Below, in pieces: positions 36,871 to 46,527 of a DNA stretch of 64,000 bases (within the stretch, counting starts at the first letter, position 1; each line of letters starts with the position of its first letter). The DNA comes from Candidatus Omnitrophota bacterium. Its GTDB lineage: Bacteria > Omnitrophota > Gorgyraeia > Zapsychrales > Fredricksoniimonadaceae. Under the pieces are notes generated by a model that had not been told where the DNA came from, made no database searches, and saw nothing but the letters and a program-made list of their open reading frames with translations. Where the stretch lies: contig JBGAJA010000004.1 of the NCBI GenBank assembly GCA_044225175.1, forward strand, positions 17,631 through 81,630, written 5' to 3'. Made by a program: the position numbers and the translations under genes.

Positions 36871-38239
36871 TGAATTTCTTCGTCCATTCGTTAAGTTGTT
36901 GGTTAACTAAAACTGGATTGGTTGATCCAAAAGAAGATTTGATTTTAACAGAGGTTTGAGGATTGAAAAGTTTTTTTACATCCTCATTTAATGAAGGATG
37001 ATACTTCTTTAATTGAGCGGCGCTCAAAGAAGAAATCTTAACTCCCCTATCTAAACACTCTTTGACCATTTTGCCTAATACATCATGGGCATCCCGATAA
37101 GAAACTCCCTTATTCACTAAATAATCCATGGCATCCACACAAAAGAAGCTTTCGTCATGGATGGACCCTGCAACTTCAGCCTTTTTAACTTTTAAATTCA
37201 AAAATAGCTTGGCCATCGTTTGGAGCATGAGCTCTGTTGTCTCAACTGTATCAAACAGTGGTGGCTTATCTAATTGAAGGTCTCGGTTATATGTTAAAGG
37301 CAGACCTTTAAGCAAAACTAAGACTTCTGTTAAATTTCCGTAAATCTTTCCAGTTGTACCTCGCATCAGTTCTAAGACATCAGGATTCTTCTTGTGAGGC
37401 ATAATCGAAGAGCCGGTACAGAAACTTGAATCAATATCGATAAAATTAAACTCTTTGGTTGCCCAAAGGATCAAATCTTCAGAAATTCGTGATAAATGCA
37501 TCGCAGTGATTGAACATGTGGAAATCAATTCAACTAAAAAGTCTCGGTCGCTCACCACATCCATGCTGTTTCGAGCTACTTGAGCAAATCCGAGCAATTC
37601 AGCGACGTAGGCACGGTCTGTCTTTAAGGATGTTCCTGACAATGCACAAGCGCCCAATGGCATCACGTTAGTACGATTAAAGCAATCTTCCAAGCGACTC
37701 TTGTCTCGCTCTAACATTTCAATGTAAGCCAGCATATGATGCGCTAAAAGCACGACTTGAGCTTGCTGCAAATGTGTGTAGCCTGGGATAATCACATCAT
37801 TGTTCTTCTTAGCAAAATCAAGAATAGCATTCTGGAGATCTTCAATTGCAACAGCCAAGTGTAAGATGTGATCTAAAATATAAAGCTTTACATCAAGCAC
37901 AACCTGATCATTACGAGAACGTCCTGTATGCAAACGATCAGCCGGCGCCCCAATCAAAGCCTTCAAACGATTTTGAATATCCGTATGAATATCTTCCGCC
38001 TTAGGATCATACTTGAACTTCCCAGAATTAATCTGAACCAAGATCTTCCTTAAGCCGGTCGCAATCTTAGAAGCATCACTCTTAGAAATAATCCCCTGCT
38101 TACCTAACATGAGCGCATGAGCAATTGAGCCAATGCAATCATACTTAGCCAAACGATAGTCATAGCTAATGCTGAATGTAAATAAATCAGCCAACGAATC
38201 AGACTTCTTATCGAATCGTGCTCCCCATAATTTAGCCAT
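36863..38239 (-). CDS. argH: Argininosuccinate lyase
   Basis: MAKLWGARF N-terminus and the fumarate-lyase signature GSSIMPHKKNP. Confidence 0.9.
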   Translation of the reverse strand: MAKLWGARFDKKSDSLADLFTFSISYDYRLAKYDCIGSIAHALMLGKQGIISKSDASKIATGLRKILVQINSGKFKYDPKAEDIHTDIQNRLKALIGAPADRLHTGRSRNDQVVLDVKLYILDHILHLAVAIEDLQNAILDFAKKNNDVIIPGYTHLQQAQVVLLAHHMLAYIEMLERDKSRLEDCFNRTNVMPLGACALSGTSLKTDRAYVAELLGFAQVARNSMDVVSDRDFLVELISTCSITAMHLSRISEDLILWATKEFNFIDIDSSFCTGSSIMPHKKNPDVLELMRGTTGKIYGNLTEVLVLLKGLPLTYNRDLQLDKPPLFDTVETTELMLQTMAKLFLNLKVKKAEVAGSIHDESFFCVDAMDYLVNKGVSYRDAHDVLGKMVKECLDRGVKISSLSAAQLKKYHPSLNEDVKKLFNPQTSVKIKSSFGSTNPVLVNQQLNEWTKKFNA

Positions 38240-38256
38240 ATAAACACTCCGTGTAG

Positions 38257-38318
38257 TTGTAAGCTGTAAGTTATAAGCTATAAGTTTTTACTTACGACTT
38301 ACATCTTATAGCTTAAAG
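38257..38318. repeat. Heptad-repeat palindrome: four tandem NNRTAAG heptads, a 6-nt spacer, then four inverted heptads
   Basis: TTGTAAG CTGTAAG TTATAAG CTATAAG - TTTTTA - CTTACGA CTTACAT CTTATAG CTTAAAG. It lies in the argG-argH intergenic region, just 5' of the argH RBS (ACGGAG). Confidence 0.6.
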
Positions 38319-38320
38319 CT

Positions 38321-39484
38321 CTAATAAGGCATTCCCCAGATTCGGATGAAGCCTTCGGATAATTTTGGATCAAAGATGTCTTTGTCACCGTATGTCGCGA
38401 GTTCCTCTTTGTAACGAGAAAATGGCGACTTGCGGCCAACGACATTGCAGCTTCCCTTATATAACTTTAAACGCACTGTACCGCTGACACGTTCTTGAGT
38501 TTTATTAATGTAAGCATCAAGCTGTTGCTTCAAAGGTGTTTCCCATAGTCCGTAATAGGTAAGCTCTGCATAGCGTGGAGAAATGAGCTCTTTGTAATGC
38601 AATGTTTCACGATCAAGAACCATGGCTTCAAGCTCTTTGTGGGACGTGATTAAAAGCGTTCCTGCTGGATTCTCGTAAATCTCACGAGATTTAATTCCAA
38701 CCAAACGATTCTCAACCATATCCACACGACCAACACCATTGCGTCCGCCAATTTCATTGAGCTTATGAATCAATTCAACAGGCTTATACGCTTTGCCATT
38801 AACCTTAACAGGAATACCTTTTGCATACTCAATCTCAACATATTCTGGCTTATTGGGGCATTTCATGGGATCTTTTGTCATGAAATAAATTTCTTCTGGC
38901 GGCTCAACCCAAGGATCTTCAAGCACCCCGCATTCAATGGAACGTCCATACAAATTGATATCTGTCGAGTAAGGACTCTTTTTTGTGACGTCAATTGGGA
39001 TATTATGCTTCTTGGCATAATCAATCTCTTGGTCCCTAGTTTTAAATTCCCATGTACGTAAAGGTGCCAATAATTCTAAATGTGGAGCTAAGATCTTAGC
39101 CGTGACTTCAAAGCGTACTTGATCATTTCCTTTTCCCGTACATCCATGAGCAATTGCATTCGCCTTTTCTTTCTTGGCAACAGCAACTTGATGTTTAGCA
39201 ATCAAAGGACGAGATAAAGCTGTGGCCAGAAAATATTTTCCTTCATATACAGCGTTAGCCTTGATTGCTGGAAACACATAATCTTTCACGAACTCTTCTT
39301 GTAAGTTCAAGATATAAACTTTGGAAGCCCCCGTCGCTAATGCGCGCTTTTCAATCGTCTTAAAATCACTTCCTTGACCCACATCAGCCATGAAAGCAAT
39401 AACCTCATAACCTTTGTCTTTGTACCAGCGGATTAAACAAGATGTATCCAAACCACCCGAGTAAGCTAAGACTACCTTTTTCAT
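38321..39484 (-). CDS. argG: Argininosuccinate synthase
   Basis: AYSGGLDTS PP-loop motif in a 387-aa product. Confidence 0.9.
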   Translation of the reverse strand: MKKVVLAYSGGLDTSCLIRWYKDKGYEVIAFMADVGQGSDFKTIEKRALATGASKVYILNLQEEFVKDYVFPAIKANAVYEGKYFLATALSRPLIAKHQVAVAKKEKANAIAHGCTGKGNDQVRFEVTAKILAPHLELLAPLRTWEFKTRDQEIDYAKKHNIPIDVTKKSPYSTDINLYGRSIECGVLEDPWVEPPEEIYFMTKDPMKCPNKPEYVEIEYAKGIPVKVNGKAYKPVELIHKLNEIGGRNGVGRVDMVENRLVGIKSREIYENPAGTLLITSHKELEAMVLDRETLHYKELISPRYAELTYYGLWETPLKQQLDAYINKTQERVSGTVRLKLYKGSCNVVGRKSPFSRYKEELATYGDKDIFDPKLSEGFIRIWGMPY

Positions 39485-40407
39485 TTCTTTGTTCCTTTCA
39501 ATAAATAAAGCAATATCGCTTTTTGAGCATGTAAACGATTTTCTGCCTGATCAAAAATAATGGAATGCTTGCCATCAATCACATCTTCGGTGACTTCGAG
39601 TCCCCGATGTGCAGGTAAACAATGCATAAATTTATAATTCTTATCTGCTAACTTAGTCAATTGAGAATTAATCTGATATCCTTCAAATTGTTTGATACGT
39701 TTCTTAGTTTCAGCCTCTTGTCCCATACTGACCCATACATCCGCGTAAATCACGTGAGCACCTTTGACAGCAGCTTTGGCATCACGTCCTAGTTCAATCT
39801 TAGCTCCAGTTTTCTTAGCAATTGCTTGGGCCTCTTTGACAATCTCAGGACAAGGATCATAGCCCTTTGGACCTGCAAATCGCACACTAATTCCCATCTT
39901 CACACATCCAATTAAAAGCGAATGAAAGACATTATTTCCATCCCCCACATAAGCCAAAGTCTTGCCCTTAAAACTTCCTAAATGTTCACGAATGGTTTGA
40001 AGATCAGCCAAAGCCTGACAAGGATGATAAATGTCACACAGAGCATTAATGACTGGAACATCTGCATGCTTGGCTAATTCGACAATATCTTTGTTATCAA
40101 AGACACGAGCAACAATGCAGTGAACATAGCGAGATAATGTCTTTGCTACGTCGTGAGTTGTTTCTCGTTTACCAAGACTGATTTCATCTGGACCCAGATA
40201 AAGGCAATACCCACCTAGTTCACTGACTCCAACTGCAAAAGAAACACGAGTACGATTAGAAGGCTTTTGAAATACCAGAGCAACAGATTTGCCCTTCAAT
40301 TGAGAGCCAACTTTTCCCTTTTGCTTCTTCAATTTGTCAGCGGAATTCAAAAGAGAAAGAATCTCTGCGCTTGAATAATCTAATAATCGTAAGAAATCTC
40401 GTTTCAT
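39481..40407 (-). CDS. argF: Ornithine carbamoyltransferase
   Basis: STRTR carbamoyl-phosphate binding motif and HCLPA motif. Confidence 0.85.
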   Translation of the reverse strand: MKRDFLRLLDYSSAEILSLLNSADKLKKQKGKVGSQLKGKSVALVFQKPSNRTRVSFAVGVSELGGYCLYLGPDEISLGKRETTHDVAKTLSRYVHCIVARVFDNKDIVELAKHADVPVINALCDIYHPCQALADLQTIREHLGSFKGKTLAYVGDGNNVFHSLLIGCVKMGISVRFAGPKGYDPCPEIVKEAQAIAKKTGAKIELGRDAKAAVKGAHVIYADVWVSMGQEAETKKRIKQFEGYQINSQLTKLADKNYKFMHCLPAHRGLEVTEDVIDGKHSIIFDQAENRLHAQKAILLYLLKGTKK

Positions 40408-40420
40408 AATTAACCTTTTC

Positions 40421-40478
40421 GTAGGGGCAGGTTCGTAACCTGCCCTTTATTTAGGCGGGTTTGGAACCCGCCCCTACA
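40421..40478. repeat. REP/BIME-like pair of inverted palindromic units of about 25 nt
   Basis: Unit A is GTAGGGGCAGGTTCGTAACCTGCCC (40421-40445). Unit B (40455-40478) is its inverted copy with 3 substitutions (reverse complement GTAGGGGCGGGTTCCAAACCCGCC). Each forms an 8-9 bp hairpin, and unit B encodes the last 9 codons of argD. Confidence 0.5.
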
Positions 40479-41695
40479 GTGTGCGCCAATGACGCATGCT
40501 CCAACGCCTTATCTAAAATAAACATCGCCTTATTAATCTGTGCTCGTGTCACATTTAAAGCTGGCATAATGCGAAGCACATTTCCTTGGGTACAGTTAAT
40601 AATTAAGCCGTGTTCAAAACATTCTTTAAAGATATTTTCGCCTGGAATCGTCAGCTCCACTCCAACCATAAGACCAACCCCACGGACTTCTTTGATAATG
40701 GGATATTTAAGTTTCAAGTCGTTAAGCTTCTTAATTAAATAAGGCCCAACCTTTTTGACATTCGTTAAAATCTTATCGCTATGAATAGCCTTAATCACAC
40801 CGAGTGCTGCCTTACAAATAAAAGGACTTCCTGCAAATGTCGATCCATGCATGCCCGGCTTAAATACGTCAGCTAATTCTTTTTTAACGATCATAGCGCC
40901 AATAGGCAATCCACCACCCAAAGCTTTAGCTAAACACATCACATCAGGAATGATTCCATAATGCTTATAACAAAACATTTCGCCCGTACGTGCCATACCT
41001 GTTTGAACTTCATCGACAATCAAAAGCATCTTCTTCTCATCGCATAATGCACGCAATCCTTGAACATATTCTTTGGATGCAATATTAATTCCACCTTCGC
41101 CTTGAATGAGCTCTAATTGAATCGCAATCGTCTTATCTGTCACAGCAGCTTTAATTGCATTAAGATCATTGAACGCAACTGATTTAAAACCAGGAACCAA
41201 AGGCGCGAAACCTTTTTGATGCTTATGCTGACCTGTTGCGCTCAAAGCCCCCATGGTTCGCCCATGAAACGAGTTCTCCGTCGTAATTATCTCAAATCGC
41301 TCGCCAGCTCCATAAGCGCGGGCAAACTTGATTGCTGCTTCATTGGCTTCAGCGCCGCTATTGCAAAAGAAAATCTTTCCAGGAAAAGAAATGCGAATGA
41401 GTTCCTTAGCAAGTTTGGCTTGATAAGGGTTCATTAAATTATTAGGAACATGGATCAACTTACTGATCTGCTCACGAACAGCACCCATCACCTTAGGATG
41501 ACAATGACCAAGATTGCTCACTCCCCAGCCAGGAAAGAAATCTAAATATTTCTTTCCATTAATATCAGTCAAGACAGACCCTTTACCCTTTACAAAAATC
41601 GTTGGGATACGAGTGTATGTCGTTAAAAGATAATCGCTATATGCACTGATAATTTCTTCTTGTTTCATATTAACCTTTGATGATCTGTGTTCCAA
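40451..41695 (-). CDS. argD: Acetylornithine aminotransferase
   Basis: Class III aminotransferase motifs (LIVDEVQTG). The last 9 codons are encoded by a REP-like hairpin. Confidence 0.85.
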   Translation of the reverse strand: MEHRSSKVNMKQEEIISAYSDYLLTTYTRIPTIFVKGKGSVLTDINGKKYLDFFPGWGVSNLGHCHPKVMGAVREQISKLIHVPNNLMNPYQAKLAKELIRISFPGKIFFCNSGAEANEAAIKFARAYGAGERFEIITTENSFHGRTMGALSATGQHKHQKGFAPLVPGFKSVAFNDLNAIKAAVTDKTIAIQLELIQGEGGINIASKEYVQGLRALCDEKKMLLIVDEVQTGMARTGEMFCYKHYGIIPDVMCLAKALGGGLPIGAMIVKKELADVFKPGMHGSTFAGSPFICKAALGVIKAIHSDKILTNVKKVGPYLIKKLNDLKLKYPIIKEVRGVGLMVGVELTIPGENIFKECFEHGLIINCTQGNVLRIMPALNVTRAQINKAMFILDKALEHASLAHTVGAGSKPA

Positions 41696-42527
41696 CCCCT
41701 TGGTCGGTAAAGAACTCTAGTAACAATGCATGTGGTAACCGAGCATCAACAATGTGAGTTTTATGAACCCCGCCGCCTGCAAGTGCATCTACACAAGAGG
41801 AGACTTTTGGAATCATACCACCTACAACCACACCACTTTTAATCAAATCAGCTACTTCTGAGACAGTTAGCGTTGAGAACAACGTTTTCATATCTTTAAT
41901 GTCGCGCATAACTCCTGGAACATCTGTCAAGAGAACAAGCTTCTCAGCTTTCATGGAATTCGCAATCGCGGAAGCTACTTCATCAGCATTCACATTATGC
42001 GGCTGCTTTTCAACCGTGATTCCCATTGGAGACAAAACTGTAATACGCCCTTCATCCAAATGATCTTCCAAATGCTTCTTATCAACCGATGTGATCGTGC
42101 CTACAAATCCTAAATCTTTGGTCGATTTCTTCTTTTTAACAAAAACTATATTTTCTTGGCCTTTGAGACCAGTTACATCACCTTTAAGCTTCTTGATCTC
42201 ATCTACGATCGTCTTATTAAGCTTTTCTAATTCTTCGCCCACGATCTGCAATGTTTCTTTATCGGTAACACGAATACCATCAACAAACTCGCTTTTAAGA
42301 CCTTTTTCCTTCATACGAGCAGAGATGTGTGGTCCACCGCCATGAACGATAATGATACGAATACCCACGTAGCTTAAAAATACAATGTCTTGGAGGACGT
42401 TATGGCGAATCTTAGGATCATCCAAAATGCTTCCGCCATACTTAATCACAAAGATCTTACGGCGAAACTCATGAATATAAGGAATCGCTTCGATGAGGAC
42501 TGTGGCTTTCTTGATAATATTTTCCAC
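41670..42527 (-). CDS. argB: Acetylglutamate kinase
   Basis: VIKYGGS...VHGGGP motifs. Confidence 0.9.
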   Translation of the reverse strand: MENIIKKATVLIEAIPYIHEFRRKIFVIKYGGSILDDPKIRHNVLQDIVFLSYVGIRIIIVHGGGPHISARMKEKGLKSEFVDGIRVTDKETLQIVGEELEKLNKTIVDEIKKLKGDVTGLKGQENIVFVKKKKSTKDLGFVGTITSVDKKHLEDHLDEGRITVLSPMGITVEKQPHNVNADEVASAIANSMKAEKLVLLTDVPGVMRDIKDMKTLFSTLTVSEVADLIKSGVVVGGMIPKVSSCVDALAGGGVHKTHIVDARLPHALLLEFFTDQGVGTQIIKG

Positions 42528-43669
42528 TAGTTGTACTCCCCGTTTATTTTCACGTATTCATACGACAAATCACACGTATAAACAGTCGCCTTAGCTTTTC
42601 CAAGCTTCAGTCCGACATCGATGGCAATTTCCTTCTTATCAAAAGGACTAAACCCAATTTTCATGGTGTTCTCATTGATCCCTTTGATATTCAAAGAACC
42701 AACGGCAGCACCCACTCGTCCCCAGTTAGGATTGCTTCCAAAGGCAGCTGTTTTAACAAGTGGGGATTCGGCAATTGTCTTGGCAATCTTCCTTGCTTGA
42801 ACTTCACTTGTGGCCCCTGAAACATTGATTGTGATAAATTTGGTTGCCCCTTCACCATCTAAAACAATCTTCTTAGCCAAATCAATACTCACCATTTCAA
42901 GCGCCTGATAGAACTTCTTAAAGTCAGCTCCCTCAGACACGATCTTTTTATTTGCGGCCAAGCCGTTAGCATGAATTGTAACCATGTCATTTGTACTCAT
43001 ACAGCCATCAACGGTGATGCTATTAAAAGACTTGTCGTTTGCCTTCTTAAGGGCGAGCTTCAACATCTTCAAGGAAATATTCGCATCTGTTGTCACAAAC
43101 CCAAGCATGGTTGCCATGTTTGGCGCAATCATTCCAGAACCTTTAGCGCAAGCTCCAATTGTGACTGTCTTTCCACCAATCTTTACTTGAACAGCAATTT
43201 CCTTAAGGGCCAAGTCTGTTGTCATAATGGACTGTGCAAACTTGTTTCCCCCATTAGATGAAAGACCAGCAACTAAACCTAGTGCTGCGTCGGTAATCTT
43301 CTCATAGGGAAGCTGTTTTCCAATAATACCAGTGGAAGTCACAATCACATCAGAAGCTTTGATTTTCAAAAGATCTGCAATTAACTTTGTAGAATCTTGT
43401 GCCTTTTTAAGTCCTTGAGCTCCTGTATAGCAATTAGCATTACCGGAATTAACCAAAACTGCTTGTCCTATGCCCTTCTTGATATGTTTCATACTAACAA
43501 GAAGCGGGGCAGCTTTAATTGAATTCACTGTAAATACACCTGCAGCCAAAGCTGGAACTTCACTCACAATAAGCCCAAGATCAGGCTTACCTGAACGTTT
43601 AATTCCAGAGGCTACACCATTGGCTAAAAATCCTTTTGGAGCGCACACACCGCCTTTGACGAGGTTCAT
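42527..43669 (-). CDS. argJ: Bifunctional ornithine acetyltransferase/N-acetylglutamate synthase
   Basis: ATML self-cleavage-site context (GMIAPNMATMLGFVTTDA). Confidence 0.85.
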   Translation of the reverse strand: MNLVKGGVCAPKGFLANGVASGIKRSGKPDLGLIVSEVPALAAGVFTVNSIKAAPLLVSMKHIKKGIGQAVLVNSGNANCYTGAQGLKKAQDSTKLIADLLKIKASDVIVTSTGIIGKQLPYEKITDAALGLVAGLSSNGGNKFAQSIMTTDLALKEIAVQVKIGGKTVTIGACAKGSGMIAPNMATMLGFVTTDANISLKMLKLALKKANDKSFNSITVDGCMSTNDMVTIHANGLAANKKIVSEGADFKKFYQALEMVSIDLAKKIVLDGEGATKFITINVSGATSEVQARKIAKTIAESPLVKTAAFGSNPNWGRVGAAVGSLNIKGINENTMKIGFSPFDKKEIAIDVGLKLGKAKATVYTCDLSYEYVKINGEYN

Positions 43670-44697
43670 ATTAAACCCTCCGTCTCATTGAATCCGCACA
43701 TGATATTCATATTTTGAACGGCTTGGCCTGCAGCACCTTTGACTAAATTATCAATCGCACTTGTAATTACGATCGTCTTCTTATCTGGACTTACAGCAAG
43801 TCCTAAATCACAGAAATTGGTATAGGCTACATTCTTAATTTCAGGCTGGCTTCCAAGAGCATGCAATCGAACAAAAGGTTCGATCTTATAAAATTTGCTG
43901 TAGATCATATGCAATTGGCTTTCTGTAATGGGCTTACTTAATTGCACATAAATGGTGTCTAGAATGCCACGATCAATGGGAAGCAAGTGAGCGACAAAAT
44001 TGACCTTGATAGCCTTCCCTGCAATAGCAGTCAATGTTTGATCAATTTCTGGCGCATGCTGATGACTTAAGACCTTATAGGCCTTGAAATTGTTGGTTAC
44101 TTCACTGTGTAAAAGACCAATTGAGGCTTTACGCCCTGCCCCAGAAACACCTGATTTGGCATCAATAATAATCGATAATACCGACGCACTACTCGTTGCA
44201 AGTAGTGGCGCTAAACCTAAGACCGCTGCTGTTGGGTAGCATCCAGGATTGGCAACTAATTGGGCTTTCTTGATCTTAGTTCGATAAAGTTCAGGCAAAC
44301 CGTAGATCGCTTTGGTAATGTTCTTGGAATCAGTATGCTTGTGGTTATACCAGGTCTCATAAGTTTTAACATTTTTAAGCCGATAATCAGCGCTCAAGTC
44401 TATAACTTTAAGACCTGCCTTAAGTAAAGGACCAGCCACCTTCATGGATTCTGTGTGGGGTAAAGCTAAAAAGACGACATCACATTTCTTGATTGTCTCT
44501 TTGATTGAAAATTGTTCACAATTGAGAGTTGTTCGATTTAAGAATTCAGGCCAAATGGTAGAGACTGGCCCAGTTGTGTTTTGAGCTGCTACATACGTGA
44601 TTCGCACTTGGGAATGGTTAAGCAAAAGCGAAAATACTTCTTTTCCGGTATAGCCGCTTAAGCCTACAATGCCGCATCGCAACATATCTGTTTTCAT
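43666..44697 (-). CDS. argC: N-acetyl-gamma-glutamyl-phosphate reductase
   Basis: GLSGYTG Rossmann motif and the catalytic Cys region (NPGCYPTA). Confidence 0.9.
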   Translation of the reverse strand: MKTDMLRCGIVGLSGYTGKEVFSLLLNHSQVRITYVAAQNTTGPVSTIWPEFLNRTTLNCEQFSIKETIKKCDVVFLALPHTESMKVAGPLLKAGLKVIDLSADYRLKNVKTYETWYNHKHTDSKNITKAIYGLPELYRTKIKKAQLVANPGCYPTAAVLGLAPLLATSSASVLSIIIDAKSGVSGAGRKASIGLLHSEVTNNFKAYKVLSHQHAPEIDQTLTAIAGKAIKVNFVAHLLPIDRGILDTIYVQLSKPITESQLHMIYSKFYKIEPFVRLHALGSQPEIKNVAYTNFCDLGLAVSPDKKTIVITSAIDNLVKGAAGQAVQNMNIMCGFNETEGLI

Positions 44698-44717
44698 ATT
44701 TTCTCCGTCGAAAAAGC

Positions 44718-44777
44718 TAATATAAATAAAAAAGCCTATCTCGTCAATTTGTTTCTATTAAAAGGGAGATAGGCTTT
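44718..44777 (-). terminator. Rho-independent terminator after rpsI
   Basis: 12-bp perfect stem (AAAGCCTATCTC / GAGATAGGCTTT, plus coordinates 44731-44742 and 44766-44777). On the minus strand it is followed by TTTTATTTATATT. Confidence 0.5.
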
Positions 44778-44801
44778 ATTACTACTGTTATTTTTATTTG
44801 G

Positions 44802-45197
44802 TTAACGTTTAACCCACTGGAATTTCCTACGTGCCCCCTTCTGTCCTGGCTTCTTTCTTTCTTTCATTCTGTCATCGCGAGTGAGACAGCCAGCTTTTTT
44901 GAGCACGCCTCTGGTCAAAGGATCACAAGAAATGAGCGCACGTGAAAGGCCCATTTTGAAAGCTCCAGCTTGACCTGTTGAACCACCACCAGTTACGTTA
45001 ACTGTGATATCAAATTTCTTTTCTAAATTGGTTAATTTCAAAGGAGTAATAATGGTCAAACGATCAGTTTCGCGAGGAAAATAATCAGAAAACTCACGTT
45101 TGTTAACTGAGATTCCACCTTGCCCTGGAGTTAAAACCACTCGGGCTACTGAACTTTTACGACGACCTGTGCCTGCATATTTGACAACTTCTACCAT
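44802..45197 (-). CDS. rpsI: 30S ribosomal protein S9
   Basis: C-terminal ...PGQKGARRKFQWVKR. Confidence 0.95.
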   Translation of the reverse strand: MVEVVKYAGTGRRKSSVARVVLTPGQGGISVNKREFSDYFPRETDRLTIITPLKLTNLEKKFDITVNVTGGGSTGQAGAFKMGLSRALISCDPLTRGVLKKAGCLTRDDRMKERKKPGQKGARRKFQWVKR

Positions 45198-45219
45198 TTT
45201 TCTTAACTCCCTTTAATAA

Positions 45220-45651
45220 TTAAACTTTTTCAACAACTATAGGTTTTTGAGCGCCATGAGGATGTTTATCTGTGGCGTACACGCGTAATTTGCCTTTTTG
45301 CTTATATCCCATTGGCCCGCTTGGAAACATACGACCAACAGCCAACTCCATAACAGCGACCGGACGTCTTTTCAGTAAATCACCTAAAGTCTCATCCCTA
45401 TAACCACTAGGATAACCGGTGTAATAATCTAATTTTTTATCGTTTAATTTGTTGCCTGTGACACGAACCTTGCTGGCATTGATGATGACAACTGTGTCTC
45501 CACAATCCATGAAAGGTGTATAAATGCGCTTGTGTTTGCCGCGAAGGATGGTTGCTGCTTTGGCTGCGACACGCCCTAATACCTTATCTGTAGCATCGAT
45601 AAGATAACATTTTGTTTCAATTTGTGCTTCATTTGGTAGATATGTTTTCAT
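45220..45651 (-). CDS. rplM: 50S ribosomal protein L13
   Basis: MKTYLPNEAQIETKCYLIDATDKVLGRVAAKAATILRGKHK. Confidence 0.95.
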   Translation of the reverse strand: MKTYLPNEAQIETKCYLIDATDKVLGRVAAKAATILRGKHKRIYTPFMDCGDTVVIINASKVRVTGNKLNDKKLDYYTGYPSGYRDETLGDLLKRRPVAVMELAVGRMFPSGPMGYKQKGKLRVYATDKHPHGAQKPIVVEKV

Positions 45652-45717
45652 GTCGTTATTGCCTTTTTACTTGATTTTGATGAAATAAAAAAACTCCCGT
45701 ACTGCTGGAAGGTTCTA

Positions 45718-45746
45718 AAATATAACATGTTTCGAAATAATGTCAA
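45718..45746 (-). promoter_or_regulatory. Sigma70-like promoter upstream of rplM-rpsI
   Basis: Read on the minus strand: TTGACA (45746-45741), a 17-nt spacer, then TATATT (45723-45718). Confidence 0.45.
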
Positions 45747-45783
45747 ACAATTTATCTGGATTTATCTCGATTTGGGAAGGAGC

Positions 45784-46446
45784 TTAAAAATGCAGCAAAT
45801 GACCGTTATTTTTAAGCCATCGTTCGTCTTCTTTGTAGTCGGGAATGATAGCTGCTACCTCCATCCAGAACTTTCTGGAGTGGTTTCTTTGCTTTAAATG
45901 CATAAGTTCGTGGACCACTACATAATCAACAACCCTGGCAGGAGCCATAATAAGGCGCCATGTGAAGTTTAGAGTGTCTCTGTAGCTGCAGGAACCCCAG
46001 CGGGTTCTCGCATCATTGACTTTGATCGAGCTGTAACTTAGACCAGTGAGGGTTGCATAATGCTTAACGCGTTCTTTAAAGGTCTCAAGGGCTTGGTTTC
46101 TATACCAAATATTCATGTGATCGGCAATGTTCACAACTGCCTTATGGACCTTGAGCTCTCCATCTAAGACAATAGCTTTGGCAAGATCATCTACGATCCT
46201 TAAAGGATATGTTCGGCCTAAGAATAGAAACTCCTCTCCTTCAATAAACTGTTTCGGAGATTTCTTGGGACGGTTTCGAAACATGTCCTGTTTCTGGAGG
46301 ATCCAATCTTCTTTTTGAGAAACAAAGCGTTCAATTTCGTGGCTGGCAATCCAAAGTGGCGCACGCACAATAAGTTCTGCTTGGGCATTAATCATAAGCC
46401 CTATGCTTCTACGGCGGGATCTGATGAGCTTATCAATCTTAACCAT
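45784..46446 (-). CDS. YgjP-like metal-dependent hydrolase (DUF45/WLM zinc-metallopeptidase fold)
   Basis: HELMHLKQRNHSRKFW (HExxH plus a downstream motif) in a 220-aa product. Confidence 0.6.
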   Translation of the reverse strand: MVKIDKLIRSRRRSIGLMINAQAELIVRAPLWIASHEIERFVSQKEDWILQKQDMFRNRPKKSPKQFIEGEEFLFLGRTYPLRIVDDLAKAIVLDGELKVHKAVVNIADHMNIWYRNQALETFKERVKHYATLTGLSYSSIKVNDARTRWGSCSYRDTLNFTWRLIMAPARVVDYVVVHELMHLKQRNHSRKFWMEVAAIIPDYKEDERWLKNNGHLLHF

Positions 46447-46459
46447 GTGTCACCATAGT

Positions 46460-46527
46460 GTCATTGCGAGGAGCGAAGCGACGAAGCAATCTTGCATGTT
46501 AGATTGCTTCGCTTCGCTCGCAATGAC
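46460..46527. repeat. Long imperfect hairpin of about 27 bp in three segments with 3-nt bulges, and an 8-nt loop
   Basis: GTCATTGCGAGGAGCGAAGCGACGAAGCAATCT - TGCATGTT - AGATTGCTTCGCTTCGCTCGCAATGAC. It lies between the prfC stop and the YgjP-like start. Confidence 0.6.
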
